Position numbers and translations under genes: made by a program. DNA of 64,000 nucleotides from Octopus sinensis. Taxonomy: Eukaryota. This document shows, one piece after another, positions 1 through 12,545 of this stretch. The stretch lies in contig NC_042997.1 in the NCBI RefSeq assembly GCF_006345805.1, forward strand, positions 25,234,001-25,298,000, given 5' to 3'. Within the stretch, counting starts at the first letter, position 1, and each line of letters begins with the position of its first letter. The notes under the pieces are model-generated. The model did not search any database. It saw only the letters and a program-made list of their open reading frames with translations, and was not told the origin of the DNA.

Positions 1-113
1 GTTGTGCAAGTGTTATTTTTATTATCCTTGTTTAAGGCCACTGAAGTTTTCCATTCTCTACAGAGGTTGTTATTCTTGTATATTATTGTTCTGCCTTTGT
101 TGTTGTAGCTTCC

Positions 114-256
114 CTTCTTCTTCTTCTTCTTCTTCTTCTTCTTCTTCTTCTTCCTTCTTCTTCTTCTTCTTCTTCTTCTTCTTCTTCTCCTTCTTCTTTC
201 TTCTCTTCTTCTTCTTCTTCTTCTTTCTTCTCTTCTTTCTCTTCTTCTTCTTCTCT
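114..256. repeat. (TTC)n microsatellite running into the assembly gap
   Basis: Direct reading; explains ORFs 2..370 and 83..403. Confidence 0.97.
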
Positions 257-356
257 NNNNNNNNNNNNNNNNNNNNNNNNNNNNNNNNNNNNNNNNNNNN
301 NNNNNNNNNNNNNNNNNNNNNNNNNNNNNNNNNNNNNNNNNNNNNNNNNNNNNNNN
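257..356. other. Scaffold gap (100 N)
   Basis: Exactly 100 N, a typical placeholder for an unknown gap size. Confidence 0.99.
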
Positions 357-604
357 GTTATATTCGCTGAGAACAAGAATGTTCCCAAATTCTTTTTTAT
401 CATGTCATGGCTATTTCAGTCTCATTTCCATGATTGGGAGGGTTGTTGGATATCGTGCTGTTACTTTATTATCGGGAATTTACACTTATACAATGTTTCT
501 CTCCTGAATGTGATAGAATATTGTTTACAGAAAATTCAGTGACCCTTCATAGAATTCCCTACAGAAATAGTCTGTTGACTATGGGGCAGTTGTCATACTG
601 CTTT

Positions 605-1022
605 CAAATTTTGGCACAAGTCCAACAATTTGGGGGATGAGACAAGTCGATTACATCGACTCCAGTGCTCATCTAGTCCTTATTTTATCGACTTCGAAAG
701 GATGAAAGGCAAAGTCAACCTCAGTACTATTTGAACTCAGAATATGAAGATGGACGAAAAAGTGGTAAGAACGATTCTCCCAGCTCATCACTCTAAGAGC
801 AATATTCATATTGATTTCAAATTTTAACACAAAACCAGCAATTTAGGGGGAGGGTTTAAAGCGATTGCATTTAACCCAGCACTCAGCTGATATTTTATCA
901 GCCCCGATAGAATGAAAAGTAAAGTCGATCTCGGTGGAATTTGAACTCAGGACGTTGGCACAGACGAAATGTCGCCAGGCATTTCGCTCGGTGTGTTAAC
1001 GATTTTGCCAGCTCGCCGCCTT
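605..1022 (-). mobile_element. Two decayed copies of SINE family A (about 605-760 and 815-1022)
   Basis: Reverse complement matches the family A core gttctgagttcaaattccgccgaggtcgactttgcctttcatcctttcggggtcgataaa seen intact at 12148 and 26818. The core resembles the Deu/Nin SINE domain. Confidence 0.85.
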
Positions 1023-1253
1023 AAAGAAGCAATATTCATATTGCAAACAAGATTACATTTCACCTATACTTGTCGCAATGTGGACCTGGCGAAATGGAAG
1101 CTTAACGTTCTGATGGTCAATTTCTGGAAGTCGGTTTACAGATGTCAACACCACTACAAATGCTGAAAATGAGGCTATGAAACTTAGAAAGCAGTTAAAA
1201 CAAAATTTGTGAATGTGGTCAGTTCAGAGGTATTACAAGTTCTTAAGTCGCAG

Positions 1254-1628
1254 CACCATTTGAGCGTGATCGTTACCAGCGTCGGCTCACTGGCACTTGT
1301 GCCGGTGGCACGTGAAAAAAAATTCGAGCGAGGTCGTTGCCAGTGCCGCTGGAATGACTCCTGTGCAGGTGGCACGTAAAAAACACCATTTCAAGCGTGG
1401 CTGTTGCCAGTACCGCCAGACTGGCCCTCGTGCAAGTGGCACGTAAAAGCACCCACTACACTCTCGGTGTGGTTGGCGTTAGGAAGGGCATCCAGCTGTA
1501 GAAACTCTGCCAGATCAGACTGGAGCCTGGCGCAGCCATCTGGTTTGCCAGTCCTCAGTCAAATCGTCCAAACCATGCTAGCATGGAAAGCGGACGTTAA
1601 AGGATGATGATGATGATGATGATGATGA
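1254..1628 (+). mobile_element. 3' part of an RTE-type retroposon: three ~65-bp tandem subrepeats, then a (GAT)n tail
   Basis: Subrepeat (ttg)ccagtrccgc...gtggcacgtaaaa occurs three times, then ggcgttaggaagggcatccagctgtagaaac...gcatggaaagcggacgttaaa and (GAT)n. The RTE assignment is inference. Confidence 0.7.
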
Positions 1629-1668
1629 ACGATCACATTGGACCATACAGAAATCACACACAGACACA

Positions 1669-1719
<51 letters not shown>

Positions 1720-1721
<2 letters not shown>

Positions 1722-1850
1722 GAGCGCATGTACTAAGAAGTTTGCTTCCGAACCTCATGGTTCTACGTATAGTCACAGTGAGTACCACTTTGAGTATGTG
1801 TCGTCTACTATAGCCTCAGACAGACCAAAACCTCCTGAGTGGATTTGAAA
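1720..1850 (+). mobile_element. Highly decayed 5' part of SINE family B
   Basis: gtgtcgtctactatagcctcagacagacc...gagtggattt aligns with the family B core. Confidence 0.6.
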
Positions 1851-1951
1851 CCGTGATCCTAAGATCGTGAGTGTAGCACCCTGTCCAATTGGTCCTATAA
1901 AGTTGCACACACATATATACACATATGCATACTACATACATATATATATAT

Positions 1952-1990
<39 letters not shown>

Positions 1991-2056
1991 TATATATATA
2001 TGTATGTGTGGGTGTGTTGTGGGTGTGTGTGTGTGTGTGAGTGTGTGTGTGTGTTT

Positions 2057-2360
2057 GTGGAGCACAATGGCCCAGTGGTTAGGGCAGCGGGCTCGCGGTC
2101 GTAGGATCGCGGTTTCGATTCCCAGACCGGGCGGTGTGAGTGTTTATTGAGCGAAAACACCTAAAGCTCCGCGAGGCTCCGGCAGGGGATGGTGGCGAGC
2201 CCTGCTGTACACTTTCGCCACAACTTTCTCTCACTCGTTCTTCTGTTGGCCTGCTCGCTTAGCCAGCGGGGTGGCGTCATTTGAAGGCTAAATAAAATGC
2301 GAAGCGCATTGTGACCAGCGATGTGTAACAACATCTGATAACCTGGTCGGTCACGGTGAT
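2057..2360 (+). mobile_element. tRNA-derived SINE, head H1 + tail T2
   Basis: A box tggcccagtgg and B box ggtttcgattcc; tail gccagcggggtggcgtcatttgaaggcta...ggtcggtcacggtga; lies between (GT)n and (TA)n. Confidence 0.92.
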
Positions 2361-2376
2361 ATATATATATATATAT

Positions 2377-2626
2377 TTACTTTTCTTTTACATTCTTACT
2401 TGTTTCAGTCATTTGGCTGTGGCCATGCTGCAGCACCGCCTTTTAGTCGATCAAATCGAACCCAGGACTTATTCTTTGTAAGCCTACTTATTCTATCGTC
2501 ACTTTTGCTGAACCGCTAATGTTACGGGGATGTAAACACACCAGTATCGGTTGTCAAGCGATGTTGGGGGGGGACAAACACAGACGCATAAGCATATACA
2601 ACACACATACATACATACATATATAT

Positions 2627-2689
<63 letters not shown>

Positions 2690-2851
2690 TACGACGGGCT
2701 TCTTTCAGTTTCCGTCTACCAAATCCACTCACATACGGCTTTGGTCAGCCCGAGGCTATAGTAGAAGACACTTGACCAATGTGTCACGTAGTGGGACTGA
2801 ACCCGGAACCATGTGGTTGGTAAGCAAGTTACTTGCCACACACCCACTCCA
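2377..2851 (-). mobile_element. SINE family B (tRNA head, CORE-like ccttgggcaagt region, internal TA/TG microsatellite)
   Basis: Collinear in reverse with the copies at 18363 and 32779. Confidence 0.92.
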
Positions 2852-3611
2852 ACATATATATAATATATGCATATATATGTTGTGTGTATATATATATATA
2901 TATATACGTACACACACAGGCACACACACACGCGCGTCTATGTCGATATAAATGTCTATATGATTGTGCATTTTGGTATACGTGTGTCCTATGAAGGATT
3001 CTGTGCAAGTCTATTTGCGTCTTAATTAGGCATCAACTTTCCATTGTAACATATAATATTAAAACCCTGAGTAAATTGATTGATTGATAATTACAAATCG
3101 CCCAAGGTTTGAATGAAGAATTCAGAAGAAATTTCGATATAGAATGTCGTAATTTAATAATGACCGCAAATTATTGCAATAAATATTTATGACGTCACTA
3201 TCTACTTATGAAGTTAATGCTATTTTAGATAGAGATATCGCTGCGCTTTTCTCTACTGCATTAATAGTAAGAGACCGCAAAATTGCTTTGGGGTTTTGCT
3301 TAAGCGGACAATTATATAGACACTTAAGACATAAAAGTAACAGCCTCTGGTAGAAATTAAGAGTAAATCTGTTGTGCTGCTGAAATAAACACTTTTGGCA
3401 AACATTCAAATTATGTTGCTGGGTAAAAGACACGTCTATATAATCTTTGTGTATCTCTATTTTTTTTTTTTTTGTTTTTTCTGCTGTAAATAATTTAAGG
3501 ACCTCGGAAATTTGTCTCTTTCTTCTACGAATCATATACACGTGCATGAAATGTATATGTACGTTTGTCTGTCTCTGTCTCTGTCTGTGTCTGTCTCTTT
3601 TAATCCCTGTG

Positions 3612-3835
3612 TTCACAGCCTAGAATACGGCCATGTTGGGGCGCTTTCTTGACGAATTTTATTCGACCGAATCGATCCAAGTACAAAATTTTTTTTTAAG
3701 ACTGGTACTTATTCTATCGATATCTTCTGCCGAGCTGCGAAGTTACGGGGCGTAAACACACTCATACTAGTGGTCGTATGATGGGGAAAAAATACCAATA
3801 CTGAGACACACACGTACAGATACATACATACATTC
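3612..3835 (-). mobile_element. Diverged 3' half of SINE family B
   Basis: ggtacttattctatcg...gaagttacggggcgtaaacacac is the reverse complement of the family B body. Confidence 0.75.
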
Positions 3836-3938
3836 ATAGATGTATGCATGCATACATATATACGTGCATGCATAGATACATAGATACAAACATGCATACG
3901 TACACATACACACATATACATACAAATGCATACATACA

Positions 3939-3979
<41 letters not shown>

Positions 3980-4241
3980 TTATGTTTAACTTTTATATTT
4001 TAAAATTAATTTTATGTATTGGCTTATGATTTTCACTGTTTGATTTGCCTAATATTGGTTTTATCTCTAATTTAATATAATAATATAATATAATATAATA
4101 TATTTATACTATAAAATTGGATTTAATCCTAAATCTAATTTTTCCCTGTAAGTTCGGAATTATTCCCTAATATTATTATTATTATTATTATTAATTATTA
4201 TTATTATTATTATATTATTATATATATATATATATATATAT

Positions 4242-4850
4242 ACGGGGTGGTGGGGCATTCCCAAATGAAACCGGAATTTTGCAATATTATTTTATTCACC
4301 TAGTTTTACATGTTTACGCTTTTATCGCCTTCAAAGTATTCACAATTTGAAGCAATACATCGGCCCAGACGCGTTTTCCACTGTTCGAAGCAGTGCTGGT
4401 ACACTTGCAAAGTGATGTTCTTTTATCACCCCCGTCGTTTTCTTCTTTACCTCTTCCACATCTGCTAATTCCGTACCACCTGCTTTCGTCGCCAGTTATG
4501 ACCTTCGAAGAAAATGGTCCGGATCAATTTCCAACTCTTCTTTCAGTTCCTGACGTGCACTCAATCTTCTGGTACTTATTCTATTGATATCTTCTGCCGA
4601 GCTGTGAAGTTACGGGACGTAAACACACTCATACTAGTGGTCGTATGATGGGGAAAAATACCAATACTGAGACACACACGTACAGATACATACATTCAAT
4701 CTTCTGTGAGCAAGCGAGTCATAAATTTTGCTTTCACTCTTTTTATTCGCAATTCATCTCTCAATTCCTCGCTAGGAGCTCCAGGACATACAAGGGATAT
4801 CATCAAGTTCGTCAATTTTTCGGGGAATTTTCATGATGCTTTCGTTCATT
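4242..4850 (-). pseudogene. Internally deleted mariner/Tc1 transposon remnant, interrupted at 4572-4695
   Basis: Minus-strand pieces read ELEIDPDHF...LADVEEVKKKTT, resembling mariner D,D34D transposase segments. Terminal tacggggtgg...aaatgaaaccggaattttgc resembles a TIR and abuts (TA)n. Confidence 0.75.
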
Positions 4851-4913
4851 GGTCTTCAAGTGATAAGACGTATAAATCATAAATGTACTTGCATGAGATC
4901 TTATGAGGTAGTA

Positions 4914-5304
4914 CGGGACGGAAGCACTCCGTCGGTTACGACGACGAGGGTTCCGGTTGATCCGAATCAACGGAACAGCCTGCTCGTGAAATTAACGTGT
5001 AAGTGGCTGAGCACTCCACAGACACGTGTACCCTTAACGTAGTTCTCGGGGATATTCAGCGTGACACAGAGAGTGACAAGGCCGGCCCTTTGAAATACAG
5101 GTACAACAGAAACAGGAAGTAAGAGTGAGAGAAAGTTGTGGTGAAAGAGTACAGCAGGGATCACCACCATCCCATGCCGGAGCATCGTGGAGCTTTAGGT
5201 GTTTTCGCTCAATAAACACTCACAACGTCCGGTCTGGGAATTCGAAACCGCGATCCTATGACCGCGAGTCCGCTGCCCTAACCACTGGGCCATTGCGCCT
5301 CCAC
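4914..5304 (-). mobile_element. Full-length SINE, head H1 + tail T1, with 11-bp TSD
   Basis: TSD atgaggtagta at 4903-4913 and 5305-5315; A and B boxes intact. Confidence 0.95.
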
Positions 5305-5377
5305 ATGAGGTAGTATATCCGTATTAGAAATCATTATGCGTCTGTGTATGTGTGTGTATATGTGTGTGCTTGTGTGT

Positions 5378-6780
5378 ACATCAGTTGAATGAAGTTAAAA
5401 CATGGGCTGGTTTTCATGTATTTGATTACGGTATTTTCAAAAAATATAAATTATTTTACAATGTTGAAATGTGTTAAGCTTTAAAAAAATATTGTGTGAT
5501 GTTCATGGAATTCAATTAGCGGTTTTATACATTCATAGTAATCATAAGACTTCAACATGCATTTAACTGACAGTTGAGTTCTTGACAACTGTAGTAAAAT
5601 CACTAAATTATTCTTTTCTGTACCTCTTAGAAGGTTCCAATAAGCCGAGTTTTTGAAATACAATTTTGACGAATCCGCATGCAGTTTAAACGACATGGTT
5701 TGCCGGACGTACCGATATTACTAGCATAGATCCCCCTACTTTTTTTTAACCAATTAGCTTGCGGTTTACATGTATTGGTTTTCTGAGTGCGCAAAAACCT
5801 GGTTTCGATATTTATTATTTCAATTAGTGGCAGTTTTCTGTAATTTGTTTATTTTCATAGGTAAATGATATTTTTTTAATCTACATCATTAACTGGTTGT
5901 TATATATACATCACGTTTGAGGAAAACAAGAATTAGAAACATTTTCTGATCACATGTTTCTATATGTTCACTTAATGGAATTTGGCGAACATTAGTGTAC
6001 CAAATTTCTTGTCCGTGTATTCGTGAGCGTTCCGATAATACATTTCCTGTATCACCAATATTATAGCCCCTCCCAATTCGGGCATTTAATGCAGCAGATC
6101 AAGTTCCTGTTTTTGCAGTTCATATCTGCATTTGCAAAAATCTGTTCATTTTTGTTCTAATGGAACAAGTAGTATACATGTATTGACACATACTACATCT
6201 GTTATCAAATGACATTCTCACGAGTGGATACCGAATTCTCTGTTTTGACACCAGTTTAATCCACACCAGTTAATGATACGGATTAAAAAAATATCTATAA
6301 CCTATGAATATAAACAAATTACAGAAGACTCCTACCAATTGAAATAAAAACGATCGAAATAAACTAAATTTGCTCACTCGTCAAACCATTACATGTAAAC
6401 CAGAAGCTAATTGTTTAAAATAAGGTGTGGTAATCTATGCCAGTAATATCGGTACGTCCGGCCAACCGTGACGTTCAAGTTACATGCGGATTAGTCAAAA
6501 CAGTATTACGAAAATTAGGCTTGTTGGAGCCTTCTAAGAGGTACAAACGGGAAGAAGTTAGATACTTTATTACAGTTGTCAAGAATTCAACTGTCAGTTA
6601 AATTTTGAAATCTGATGATTACTACGAACGTATGAAAGCGCCAACTAATCTAAATGAACATTACATAATATCTTTGTTAATGCTTAACCTACTTCAACAT
6701 TGAAAAAGAATATGTATTTTTTGAAATACCATAATAAAAAACGTGAAAACCAAACTATGTTTTAACTTTATTCAACTGAT
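5378..6780. mobile_element. Foldback / long-TIR element: ~520-bp diverged inverted arms around a ~370-bp spacer
   Basis: Matching blocks: atcagttgaatgaagttaaaacat (5378) vs atgttttaactttattcaactgat (to 6780); tacctcttagaagg vs ccttctaagaggta; ccggacgtaccgatattact vs agtaatatcggtacgtccgg; ttctgtaatttgtttat vs ataaacaaattacagaa; atcattaactggt vs accagttaatgat. Confidence 0.85.
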
Positions 6781-6811
6781 ATATTATTCAATACACATTT
6801 ACACAAATTCG

Positions 6812-6866
<55 letters not shown>

Positions 6867-7177
6867 TATATATGCTTGTGCTTGAGGATAGATACAACCC
6901 TCGAGCTGAAACATATATGTATATATGTATTAATATCTTCTTTGCTTCTCTATCTACTTAATACCTATCAATATATTATGTTTGTGTGCGTATGCGACTT
7001 CGTGTGTATGCTCACCTAAAATGATCCAAAGAGAATTGTGTATATTATAAAATTTAATACACAAACGTTACCTTCATCAGCAGGAGACAGAATGAACAGA
7101 ACGAAGGTTTACATAGAATTCATGTACGCTATGATGCCAATGTTTATCAAAATAACTATAATTTACCAAGATCAGCC

Positions 7178-7398
7178 ATAACCTTGTGGGATTAAAACCG
7201 GCCGTATCTGGCCCAAATATTCTATCTCTTTTATGTTAGAGCTGAGCAGATCCAACCTCTCAAACCTAGCCCACAATGACATTCTAAAGCAAGCAATCAT
7301 ATTTATATATCAAGGCTATATGATAATAAATGAACAGTTCTAAATAATATGAATAAGAAATACGTTTGACAGAGTAATCTGAATGCCAAGAGCGTTAA
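7178..7398. mobile_element. Decayed ~220-bp MITE, possibly piggyBac-like (TTAA-bounded)
   Basis: Right end ...atctgaatgccaagagcgttaa is weakly complementary to left end ataaccttgtgggatt. The family assignment is from recall only. Confidence 0.4.
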
Positions 7399-7857
7399 AT
7401 CAGATAAAAAAAATTGAAAACTTTATTTAACGCTTCAAATCAATGCTTTAAAGCAATTTTACTTTCAGAATCAGCAGTCTACAAATCGAAGTGATACAGA
7501 GGATGCGGTATCCAGTCGTGAAAATGTCATTAAAGTTACCATGACAAGTATTTTACCTTAATAAATTTAACGGAATAAAATTGTTTACATTTCTAACGCC
7601 TATAGTTTTAAGGCTTGCTTGTTATTTTAGCTATTTAAATAATTTTCTGTTTCTGTAGACCATGACCGCCCGTGTGTATGAATGACATTTTTGTTTCTAT
7701 GTTTAAATGTATCATATAATGTATTTATGTATATGTGTGTGTATGTATGTGTCTATCTATCTGTTTATCTATCTATTTATTTATCTATCTGACTGTTTGT
7801 CTGTCTGTTCTGTATGTATGTATGTATGTATGTGTGTATGTATAAGATTGACACATA

Positions 7858-8102
7858 CACATGGGCTTCTTTCAATTTCCGCTTACTAAATCCACTCACA
7901 ATGTCTTATTCGATCCGACACTACAGAGAAGATACTTGCCCAAGGTGCCAGATGGTGGAACTGAACCCGAGACCGTGTGGTTAGGATGGAAATTTCTTAC
8001 CACACAGCCATATATATATATGTATATATATATATATTGTTATATATATTCTTTTATTGTATTATATATTTCAGCCCTAAGGCTGCTGTAGCCATGCTGG
8101 AG
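7858..8102 (-). mobile_element. SINE family B 5' half (about 7858-8012) plus a short tail remnant
   Basis: gggcttctttcaatttccg...acttgcccaaggtgcca...ttaccacacagcca. Confidence 0.75.
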
Positions 8103-8116
8103 TATGTATACATACA

Positions 8117-8725
8117 TATATCGTCTATTTGAATGTTTTGCATTCTTGTCCCATTTTGTATTTTTATATATATATTTATACATATATTATTGCGGCGTAC
8201 GTACACCTTGTTCCTTTATGTATGTAAGCATTCACTAAACTTTGTACGACTTCTACACACACTTTCTCTGTACTTCACTTGTCTCTGTCTTTCTCTTTTC
8301 TCACCTCTTTGATCCTTGGTCTCCTCTTTCCCCACTCTCTCACATTTCTCTGCCTTTCTTACTCTGCACTTCACTGACCTGCCTTTCTTTTGGTGTCACG
8401 CCAATCCTTGGCACGCTCTCTTTCTTCTCCCTCTCCTTAATTCCTTCTTTCTCTCTCTTCTCGCCTTCCTTAATACCTTTGTCCCTCTTTTTCTCTCTCT
8501 TCTCCCTCTCTTTAATTCCTTTGCCCTTTTTTCTCTCTGTTCTCTTCTCACGTGACCGCCGGTCAACCATAGCCTTTCGGCTTCTGACCAGCGCCATAAC
8601 AACACCGCTATTTTCGTTTGCCGTAAGGCATTATTTTTCAAATACGCCAGCTAAGTTGAACTGTCTAAAGTCGAAAGACGACCGTTGTTTTTGTCCTGTT
8701 ATTATTATTATTATTATTATTATTA

Positions 8726-8762
<37 letters not shown>

Positions 8763-9029
8763 TTTCGTATTTATATTCGTGTAACATCGTGCGTTTTTCT
8801 GTCCTTGTTTCGTATACATTCGATCCTTTTTCCAAGAAATCTAATGCCGATAATTGCTAGGGGGCTGAGGGATGATCTGGTTCTTGACTGAAGATTGAAG
8901 GCTTCGAATGTCCCGTCCGTGTTTTTTTGTCGTTTTCTAATGTTTTACGTTCTTGTCCCAGTTTTTCGAATGACCCGTCCATTTTTTGTATCGTCTATTT
9001 GAATATTTTGGCGTTCTTATCCCATTTTG

Positions 9030-9035
<6 letters not shown>
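8117..9035 (+). mobile_element. Non-coding element bounded by ~45-bp direct repeats, probably PLE-like
   Basis: tcgtctatttgaat(g/a)ttttg..ttctt(g/a)tcccattttgtattt occurs at about 8120 and about 8990; both ends abut (TA)n; the 3' part recurs inverted at 20875-20997. Confidence 0.55.
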
Positions 9036-9076
<41 letters not shown>

Positions 9077-10549
9077 TATAATATATATATATATAATATG
9101 CATTATGTATATATATATATATATACTAACTATATATATATATATATATATATAATCTATATATATATATCATATATATAATATTATATATTTATATATA
9201 TTACATATATATATATATATAATATATATATATGTAAGTTGTATATATAATATATATCATCCTAACACTAAACCAACCCCTACGTATTGGGTACTATTTC
9301 GTGTCTGTCTAAGAAACTGATGCTCTCTCACTTTCTACGACCCACTTTTACGCTGTCTGTCACCATCAGCTCTCTTCCTCCTCTCTCTCTCGCCCTCTCC
9401 TCTCTCTGTCTATCTTTCTTTCGTCTTCATTAAATACATCTGAATTTAAATTTTCTCTGCGAGCAACCACATCGAACAAACGAAAGTGAAATGGTACCTG
9501 ATGCACACACAAAGAAAGAAATGTCAGGAAAAGAAAGGATCAAATAAATGTTATAACGAGACGAAGAATCGTGAAAAAAAATGGAAGATAAAGAGTCGGG
9601 AAGAGACGAATGGTAAGTAAATATAGATAGAGAAGAGTATGAGCGGAGTCTTATGAAGAAGGAAAATATATGAAAATATATTTTATATATTGAATTTAAA
9701 TGTATTTAACAAGGTTGTATTTTTTTTATGAATCATTTTGAGTCATTCTGTGAGTGAGCGTGTGGGTGCACTGCGTGTGTATGTGAGCCTGTTCATACAT
9801 CCATATATCTTAGCATATATATATATGTATGTATGTGTGTGTGTGGTGTGTATACACACACATATATGTATGTATGCATGTATGTATATATACGCACGCA
9901 CACATAAAATACATACGCATATGCACGCATATATGTCGCGCATCTATATTAAATGTGGCTAAAACAATAACAAACAACTCTATTACAAGGGCGACATCAT
10001 CAGCAGTAAACAAATAAATGAACATCACCACAACCACATTAAGAATAATAAAAAAACAAACACTCAAGCGCAGAACACGCACGCACGCACACACACCCTG
10101 GCGCTTTCGCGTACGCGCACGCAAACGCAAAAATAAATAAACAAAAATTAAGGAATTAAAAGAAGAGGCGACCGTTAGCGTGAAATCAAAATTACCAGCC
10201 ATTGTTAATGACAACTAATATTGGATTAAAACTCATCCATGCTTAACGGTTCTGTGTGACCGCCTTGTCAAGCTTCCGATGTGTATAATTAGAAAATGAA
10301 AATATCACTTTCAAAAACGAATGTCCCATCAGTACAGAATGCCCAAAAGATTAAAGAAAATTCCTCATTGCCTGTCTGATATCAGTTTTATGACATCATT
10401 AACGACCCTACTTGCTAATCAAATACACCCACCCACGCACATAGACACAACAAACCAACGAACACACATCCTCACAGAAGTACACATACTCTTCAACGAA
10501 TACACATATTCTCATATATATATACACACACACACACACACCACACACA

Positions 10550-10590
<41 letters not shown>

Positions 10591-10624
10591 ATATATATAT
10601 ATATATTACATACATATATATTAC

Positions 10625-10657
<33 letters not shown>

Positions 10658-10673
10658 CATACATATATATATA

Positions 10674-10712
<39 letters not shown>

Positions 10713-10729
10713 CATACATATATACATAC

Positions 10730-10813
<84 letters not shown>

Positions 10814-10978
10814 ATACGTATATTTATATATACATGTACACATACACACACTCACACACATATATAATGTATAAAGAAAAATAGATGATATATAAATTAT
10901 AAACCCTCCTATTTCTACAAATCTATCGCTCTTTATCTCTCCCTTTTCCCCTTTCTTCACTCTTCCCACTCCTCTCTC

Positions 10979-11026
<48 letters not shown>

Positions 11027-12147
11027 CACACACACACAAATAAATATATATATTTCTTTCTGTAGATATATATACCTGTTCGTCTAACTATCTGTGTGTC
11101 TGCCTTTTCTTCTAATGTAAATAAGACTCACGAATTATTTTGCTTCTACTACATTTTAAAGAGTATATAATTCTCTTTTTCTGTCTTTTTATGTTCATGC
11201 GGTGGTGGTGGTGTTTGTGTGTGGTGTGTAGTATGTGCATGTGTGTGTGTGCGTGTACGCACACCCATATATGCTTCTTGAAAATACATTCTTTTTTATT
11301 CCTTTTCGCAATAGAGTAGTATGCATTCTTCTTCATTTGTGCGATCTTGTAATTTTTATTTACTTATTTATCTAATTATTTCTTAATCAATTTTTATGAT
11401 ATTTTACCTCTATCTCCATTAACAACTCAGTTTCACCTGCAGATTCTTGTATAAGTTACCTATTGAAAATAATATGTCCTTTTGCCTGTGTTTCTAATAT
11501 TTTATGCATTATTGGTCATTTGACCTCTACTCGTAATTTTACGATAAGTGCAGCTATTATTCTATGTTACCATGAAAAGAACAAGTAGAGGCATGAAGAT
11601 TAACAGTTCTTAGATTTCCCCTAAGCTATACTGACATACGATTATTATCTCTTATTAGTTTTATGCAGCCGAAGCAGTTCAAGAGCATACCTCTGACTGA
11701 TCATTATTTTTCGGGAAATGATTATTGTTCTCTGCGCTTTGAAATTCGAGTTCAAATTCACCTAGGTTAATTTTATTGCTCAATTTTTTGAGGCCGATGA
11801 AGATATTACCCATCAAGTTCTTTTGACGATTATCTTGTTCGTGTTGGAATTGGCACCGTTTTTGCTGTGAGACGTATAGTAGAGAAACCGTTCAGGATGT
11901 TACTTCTTGTTAAGGAAATTTAGTAGAGCTGAACGAATGAATATTAATCCATTCCCACGGAATAAGAAAAAAAAAACTGGAAGAGGAGAAGGATGAGCTA
12001 GACAGTACGAAACAAAAATGTAATAAGGAGTGTAAGTGAGTGTACACACGCACACACATACACATACACACACACACACACACTCACACACACACATGAT
12101 TTATACAACAACCATGATAATTAGTGCTCAATATATGACTGTACCAA

Positions 12148-12545
12148 GGCAATGAGCTGGCAGAATGGTTAGCACGCCGGCAAAATGCTTAGCGGTATTT
12201 CGTCTGCCGCTACGTTCTGAGTTCAAATTCCGCCGAGGTCGACTTTGCCTTTCATCCTTTCGGGATCGATTAAATAAGTACCAGTTACGCACTGGGGTCG
12301 ATATAATCGACTTAATCCGTATGTCTGTCCTTGTTCATCCTCTCTGTGTTTAGCCCCTTGTGGATAGTAAAGAAATAGGTATTTTACTCGTCTTTACGTT
12401 CTGCGTTCAAACACTGCTGAGGTTGATTTTGTGTTTCATCCTTTCGAGGTCGATACATTAAGCATCAGTTGTGCACTTGAATCAATGTAATCGACTTGAC
12501 TCATCCCCCGGAATCGCTGGTTTTGTGCAAGAATTTGAAACCAAT
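12148..12545 (+). mobile_element. Young SINE A (12148-12378) followed directly by the body of an older SINE A
   Basis: Near-consensus copy ending gtaaagaaata, then ggtattttactcgtctttacgttctgcgttcaaac... Confidence 0.9.

Noticed and set aside
1-440. Possible Dong RT fragment split by the TTC repeat and gap (SHDMIKKNLG...NLCREWKTSVAL)
   Set aside because: The resemblance is too weak and is interrupted by the gap; a profile search would be needed.
2057-2135. SINE heads and the 38485-38558 module as real tRNA genes
   Set aside because: A and B boxes are present but acceptor and T stems do not pair, and they run into SINE or PLE bodies.
6610-6650. CTGATGA...GAAA in the foldback arm as a hammerhead
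   Set aside because: Only a 2-bp stem I, and the motif is not conserved in the opposite arm.
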